A DNA stretch of 64,000 nucleotides from the human T2T-CHM13v2.0 reference genome, Homo sapiens, in NCBI RefSeq assembly GCF_009914755.1, contig NC_060930.1, one strand, 5' to 3'. Numbering within the stretch: the stretch's first letter is position 1; each line of letters opens with the position of its first letter. Below, in pieces: positions 14,575-64,000 of this stretch. Below the pieces are notes generated by a model, which saw only the letters and a list, made by a program, of their open reading frames with translations, was not told the DNA's origin and did not search any database. The position numbers and the translations under genes are program-made.

Positions 14575-15486
14575 CTCCTTGCCTTAGGGCAGAGAGGAGT
14601 TACCAGCAGAAAGACTGGCAGCATTGCCTGCTGTCTCCTGCTCACCATTGCTGATGATTGGCATTTGTATTTCAATATGGCGTCCGTGCTCTGGAAAGGA
14701 ATAATCTGGAAAGATGACTGGGAAGTAGATGGTTTGCCTGTGTCATCACCACGTTTTCCCTGTTCCCTGGGGTGGTGTACCTGCTCTTGCAATATTCTCT
14801 AATTTCTGGATGAACCTGGCTTTGGAAGGTACTGTGCTGTAGGTTTTTCCAGGAGTTTTGTTTGCTTTGGAGTTTCTTAACAACCATCATTGCCTTGGAG
14901 GCTTTGTCAACATTTTGGGCTTCCTTGTCCTCAATAGATTTGCTTGTTGGGCCACACTTGTGCCTTTTCACTTATTCTCACCAGGGACTTCCTTCACTGG
15001 GCATCTGGCTGGGATTCTTCTTGCATTAATGCACACTCAAGGGCCTCTGAAGAACATCATGGAAGCATGTGCTGGCATTTTTTTCCCTCCAATTATTGGT
15101 TATCCAGGACAGTGATATTACTTCAATTGTTCAGGCTAGTCTGGATATCAGGATCATTATCTTTATGGCAGGCCAGGTTATTATGAAGAAGCACCCAGGA
15201 GCTATGATACATACACAGCAGTACGGAGAGAAAAAGAACAGCTTGTGAGAGCATGAAGAGCCAGCCCCTGGGATCAAGAAAATACCAGGAATAGCTCACT
15301 GCCCTGCGGGCTTCTTCTCTCAGAAGAAATGAGACTATAATGGCTTCACAGGTTTGATAGCCAGTGAGGTGACACAGCATCTTGGGAAGACATGGTCCAC
15401 TTGTGTTATTATTGCCCATCGGATTCATTCCCCAAGCAACTAGTTCATTGTAAACTAAAGCAAAACATATCGTTAAAAAAAAAAAA
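14575..15486 (+). pseudogene. 5'-truncated processed pseudogene of RHBDD1 (RHBDL4 rhomboid intramembrane serine protease)
   Basis: Intronless, collinear peptide remnants match recalled RHBDD1: YQQKDWQ, ADDWHLYFNMASVLWKGI, CAVGFS, VLFALEFLNNHHCLGGFVNILGF, HLFSPGTSFTGHLAGIL, QGPLKNIMEACAG, YEEAPRSYDTYTA, EEMRL*WLHRFDSQ* (TGA 15365-15367). There are several frameshifts and stops. An A12 tract lies at 15475-15486; the 3' end is approximate. Confidence 0.93.
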
Positions 15487-18400
15487 TCAACTTGTATTTA
15501 GCTTTTTACAGAGTGAAGTGAAACTCTGTTTTAAATGCGGTTTTTAGCTTTAATAACGTCAAGGTTTAAATGTGGCAAACTCACAAAAATATCATTTGAA
15601 ATGTTAATTATCTAAACTTCTTGTACACTTAGGTAGTTTTGACAATTCTGAAAACTACATTTTTAATTTTGGCTTTTTTAAGGTCCTCTGAGGATGTCGG
15701 ATTTTGAAAGAAACTCAGGGAGGTTAAACATTTCTGTTTGAGAGCAGTCTGTATCCTGTTGGCTTTGTTTCTTTGTCTACATACATATTTATAATATTTT
15801 ACAGATTATTATATAATATTTATTATTCCCATTTGACATTTTAATAAATATTGTTTGAATAAATGAATTAGTGTTTGGGTGTGATTGGGTGTGATGAAAC
15901 AAGAGAGCATAATGGCATAACTAAGTGTGAGTGGCAGAATTATATTGGGAGTGATTCACATGTAGGGCCCACAAAAAGAAGAAATGAGAATATGATCTGA
16001 AATGCTTTTGTTACTTCCAAAATAATAATCTTTGCTAACGAGAGATTGGCTTTCTAGGGTGTGTTAAGTTTTGCATTTGTGAAAGAGGCCTTAATAAAAT
16101 CAATCCAAGTTTAAAATCATCCAATAAGAGATTTCTTTCTTGGCTAAAGGTCTAGGTGCTACTTTCCTGAATAATAAGCTGCACTTTAGGGAACTCATGT
16201 TATGTTAGTGTCAGCCAACTGGACACTCTTAAATTGCTTCAAATGGTGTACTAGAGGATAATGCTTTCTCTCTAATAACAGTAGAGTTTTAGAGGTGATT
16301 TGTGTGCTTTCATAGGGGAAACAACTCCTAATTTCTCTGCCACATTTCCAGTTTAGGATTTAAATTGATATATGTTGCTACGTTCTGCTAAAACAATTTT
16401 CCATACCCATTTGAGCTGGTGAAGTGAAAACATTTTGAAACCAGTTTCCTTGAAGATTTATCAAGCAGTTTTGTTGATGTGTCTTGCTATACTTCTTTTA
16501 CCTATCACAGAAATAAAATCCCAGGCTAGGCAGCAGTGAAGGCCTTTGGATCTGTGTGAGCATGTCAAAAGCATTTTAAGAAGAGCAAAATATTTAGAGG
16601 AAGAATTTGGGAAAGCAGCCTTAAGGGATTTAACACATTTTTCTTCTTCTAATTCAGTCTCGTGTTCATCCCTCTAATGGAGAAAGGTCATTAATGGATA
16701 AGATTTGCTAAGCCAGCAAAGGCTTTTAGAAACAAAATGGTTTTCAAAAATCCAAGCCTAAGGAAAACAGGGTTTGAATTTGGGAGCTTGAAAGAATACA
16801 TTTAGAGAAGGTGTATATGCAGTGTAAATTATATTCATTCACTTAATATTATACATATATATTTATAATCAAGTTATAGTATGTTTGTTGCATTCTTACA
16901 CATTTTTGTTTTGGAGAAGTTAAAATAACGAATTGGCTTGATAATGAAGATTGAAATAATTTCAGACTGTGGAAGTTCTGTATAAATTTCTAGGCAGACA
17001 AAATGGCTGATCAGAATAGCATGACGGAGTTTTAGTTGTCCTGTTACTCGTCTGCTATTTTTACGTGCCCGAGATCTGGGCCAAGATTGTTTACCTTAAT
17101 TGTTGTGATGTGGAGGTTAGTAAGTGTGTGAAATTTGTTACATTTCAATCTCATAATTGAAAAGCCACAGGCAAATTCTTGTTCTTTTACTGAATTCCTG
17201 TCTAGTAGAAAATAAGAAGTATGTGTGTTTGTATGTGTGTGTGTGTCTGAAAAAAGGAAAATGCAAACTAGTCTTTGAAATATGTACTCCCTTTTCCCCA
17301 TTTTTAACTGTATCAAGAGAATGAATGCGGAAGTGTGTTTATAAACTTTGAAGTATTTTTGAAACATTTGGATGTTAGAAAATGTATCGTTTACAGGCAA
17401 ATAATTTGTCTGTTACTTAGACTTATATTCTGACATTGACTTGACCCATAAAATAAAGACTATTGTTGAAATATTATCTTACTCATTTTTACAAACATAA
17501 GAATGGGAATCCATAAATTTTATTTCATTTCATATGTGATAAAATGGAAAGATTATTATCATTGATAGGGTAATAGTGCTCATTTCTTTGCCCACTTTAT
17601 ATCTGGGGAGAAACCTACATAGTATTAGATATTTTAATATGTTTTTGAAATAAGAAAGTTAAATGCTCCGGAAACAGGTTAAGAAAATGTAAAATGTAGT
17701 AAGATTTCTCTCTTAGAATTTTTTCCATTTTTATGGCCCCAAATTCTTAAGTTGTGTGAATGTTATCAAATTAAGATAATTTAATACTTATTTATGACCT
17801 TTCTATATTTTTTTATTCATGGGATTAAATGAAACTGCATATAACAAGATTTATGAAAATAAATCCTTTTTAAGGTAGTGGGACAAATAATTGGATTTTC
17901 CAAATGCCCTAAACACTGATTTTTAATATTAAATTCATTTTGGTGAGGCTGGTATATCCCCCCTTCAGGTTGATGTGTGGTGGTAGCCTTATATTCTGAG
18001 TATAATCTCTACTGTGTCCCTCTTTGATATGAAGATGGTAAAGGGTCATTCACTGTGTAAGCAAGTTCTCTTGGTTAATAAATGGCTTATGTGGCCTTGA
18101 TCAGATAATATAAAGCTTGAAATAGGGATCGTTGCTGTCTTTGCTGTCCTTTCTTGAAGGAAGGTCACCTCTGAGCACCATTAATATCAAGGAGTTTCTT
18201 AAACAGCAGTTTTGTTTTCTATACCACTTGCTCCCTTAGTGTCTTGGAGTTGGTCTCCAATTACCTTTATGGATTTGTAAAAGTGCATTTTTTTTTTTCT
18301 GAAGCTGCTGCTATATTTATTCTGGGAATGACCTTTTAATTACAAACTCTCCTTCCACAAGGGGGTAAGGACCGAAGACCACAAACTGGGTGAAGTGGTA

Positions 18401-18779
18401 GGCGAACCTCTAATGATCCTAGCAGAGGTTCGTGAGCAGGTCTGTATTTAATGTGGAACTGACACTGGAGGGCCAAGCACACCTGGGCTTCCTCCATTAT
18501 TATTTTGCTGCTCTGATGTGGGAGGCAGCCCAGCAGTATAAAAGGTGGCAAAGGAGGCAGGACACACATATGGATGGAGCCACACCTTTCTGCACTGTCG
18601 CAGATACGCCTTGGACAGCTTTCTGAACAACTGATAGAGATTGTGAAAATGCTGTTTTGTAGGATTTAAGCCAACAATGACTCTTTTACTGGCTTTAATA
18701 GAAAATCGTGGAGTGATGGAAGAGTATGATTTGAAGAGGTCCAATGAATATTTATTTATCTACCTTGCTTACACTTTTA

Positions 18780-18990
18780 CTGTAATCATTATAACAACGA
18801 GCTGAACACCAGCTCTTCGTCAAGTGCTTTTCATTTATATTCACTAACCTTTACAATACTCTTGCAAGCTAGGTATTATTTATCCCCATTTTACAGATGA
18901 GAACTGTGAGGAAAAGCGATGTTATAATGACCCAAGGTCACACAATAAATGGATTGGGACACCGTCTATTTGGTTCTAAAGAGAAAGTCC
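18780..18990 (-). mobile_element. MIR
   Basis: MIR core tatccccattttacagatgagaactgtgagg...cccaaggtcacaca. Confidence 0.8.
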
Positions 18991-19737
18991 TTTTCTCTTT
19001 TTGTTAGCCACATGGACTCCTTGTATGTAACCAAATCCTTCTACCCATATTTCAAAAGTTCAGGGTGGTCAGTCTTTTAAAGTAACTTTTCTTTTTTTTA
19101 TGGCTCAGAAAATGAATTTGTAATCAAAACCAAAACGGATAATGGTTTTAAATTCTTCTGATTTTTCTACCTGTAAAAGTTCGTATAGATCAAGATCATT
19201 AAAACCTCATGCCAATCTTACTACAGGAAAATGGGTTACAAGATTGACCATAAACCTTATACTGTCATTCTAGAGGGTGTAGGACCAGTATGAAGAGGGA
19301 GGAAGTCACGAATTCCTGAGTTTTTATTGGATAACTTTAATTTTTGTTTTTAGCATGCTGACATTTTGATTATGCTGAAATTTTACTTGCACAAAATGTA
19401 GCAGAAAGTGCTACGGGTACTAGCTGGAAAGTAGGGCTCTGATTTGATCCGATAAACCTGGATTTGGTCACTGATGGCAGGACTCCGGGGTTTAGGGTGA
19501 GACAACCTGGTCCCTTGGGAAAGGTGCCCGAGCCTCCCTCTGTTGTAGGCAGTGTTGGGCTCCATAAGTGTACCGGGCAGTCATCACATTCTGCATTAGC
19601 TCCGCCTCATTGTGCTCAAGGAGCTCGACTAATAGGACTATTTTAAACTCTCCAGGATAGAGATAACCTTATTTGGTGCTTTACTAAAGGTACAGACTCT
19701 CATACTTTTTCCTTCTCTTTCTTTTTCCATTCCACAG

Positions 19738-63924
<44,187 letters not shown>

Positions 63925-64000
63925 GTAAGTGATGGGGTTGTCAGCATCTGTGTTGTAAGCCTATGATATCTTAATGTTTTATAGCTAATGGTTAGTAGAA

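Noticed and set aside
19474-19502. ATG plus AGG|GTGAGA donor 241 nt before exon 3, as a coding first exon
   Set aside because: Gives phase 2, incompatible with phase-1 exon 3. The frame upstream of exon 3 also closes at TAA 19644-19646 with no ATG after it.

Overview
Human (primate) genomic DNA lying entirely inside the utrophin gene (UTRN) on the + strand. It holds 13 consecutive coding exons, conventionally exons 3-15, totalling 1643 nt. All have GT-AG boundaries and keep one reading frame. They encode the CH1/CH2 actin-binding domain, hinge 1 and the first spectrin-like repeats. The first 19.7 kb is the 3' part of intron 2; the ATG exon and promoters A/B are not in the window. Introns are rich in repeats: about 20 Alus, a full-length antisense SVA, a complete THE1 (MaLR) provirus with intact 5-bp TSD, solo THE1/MER4/MLT1 LTRs, a Tigger3 with nested insertions, and MER1B, L1, L2 and MIR fragments. 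The most notable non-routine feature is a decayed, sense-oriented processed pseudogene of the rhomboid protease RHBDD1 (about 14575-15486). Its 5' boundary coincides with a strong 3' splice site in the same phase as UTRN intron 2, so it is a candidate poison or terminal exon. Other leads are Alus of alternating orientation around exons 11-14, a tandem donor at exon 9, an unexplained exact 23-mer repeated across exon 13, a template-switch scar in an L1, and several motif clusters (NF-kB, YY1, SMAD). Repeat subfamily names and exon numbers come from recalled consensus sequences, not from a search. There is no CRISPR array or prokaryotic-type system.
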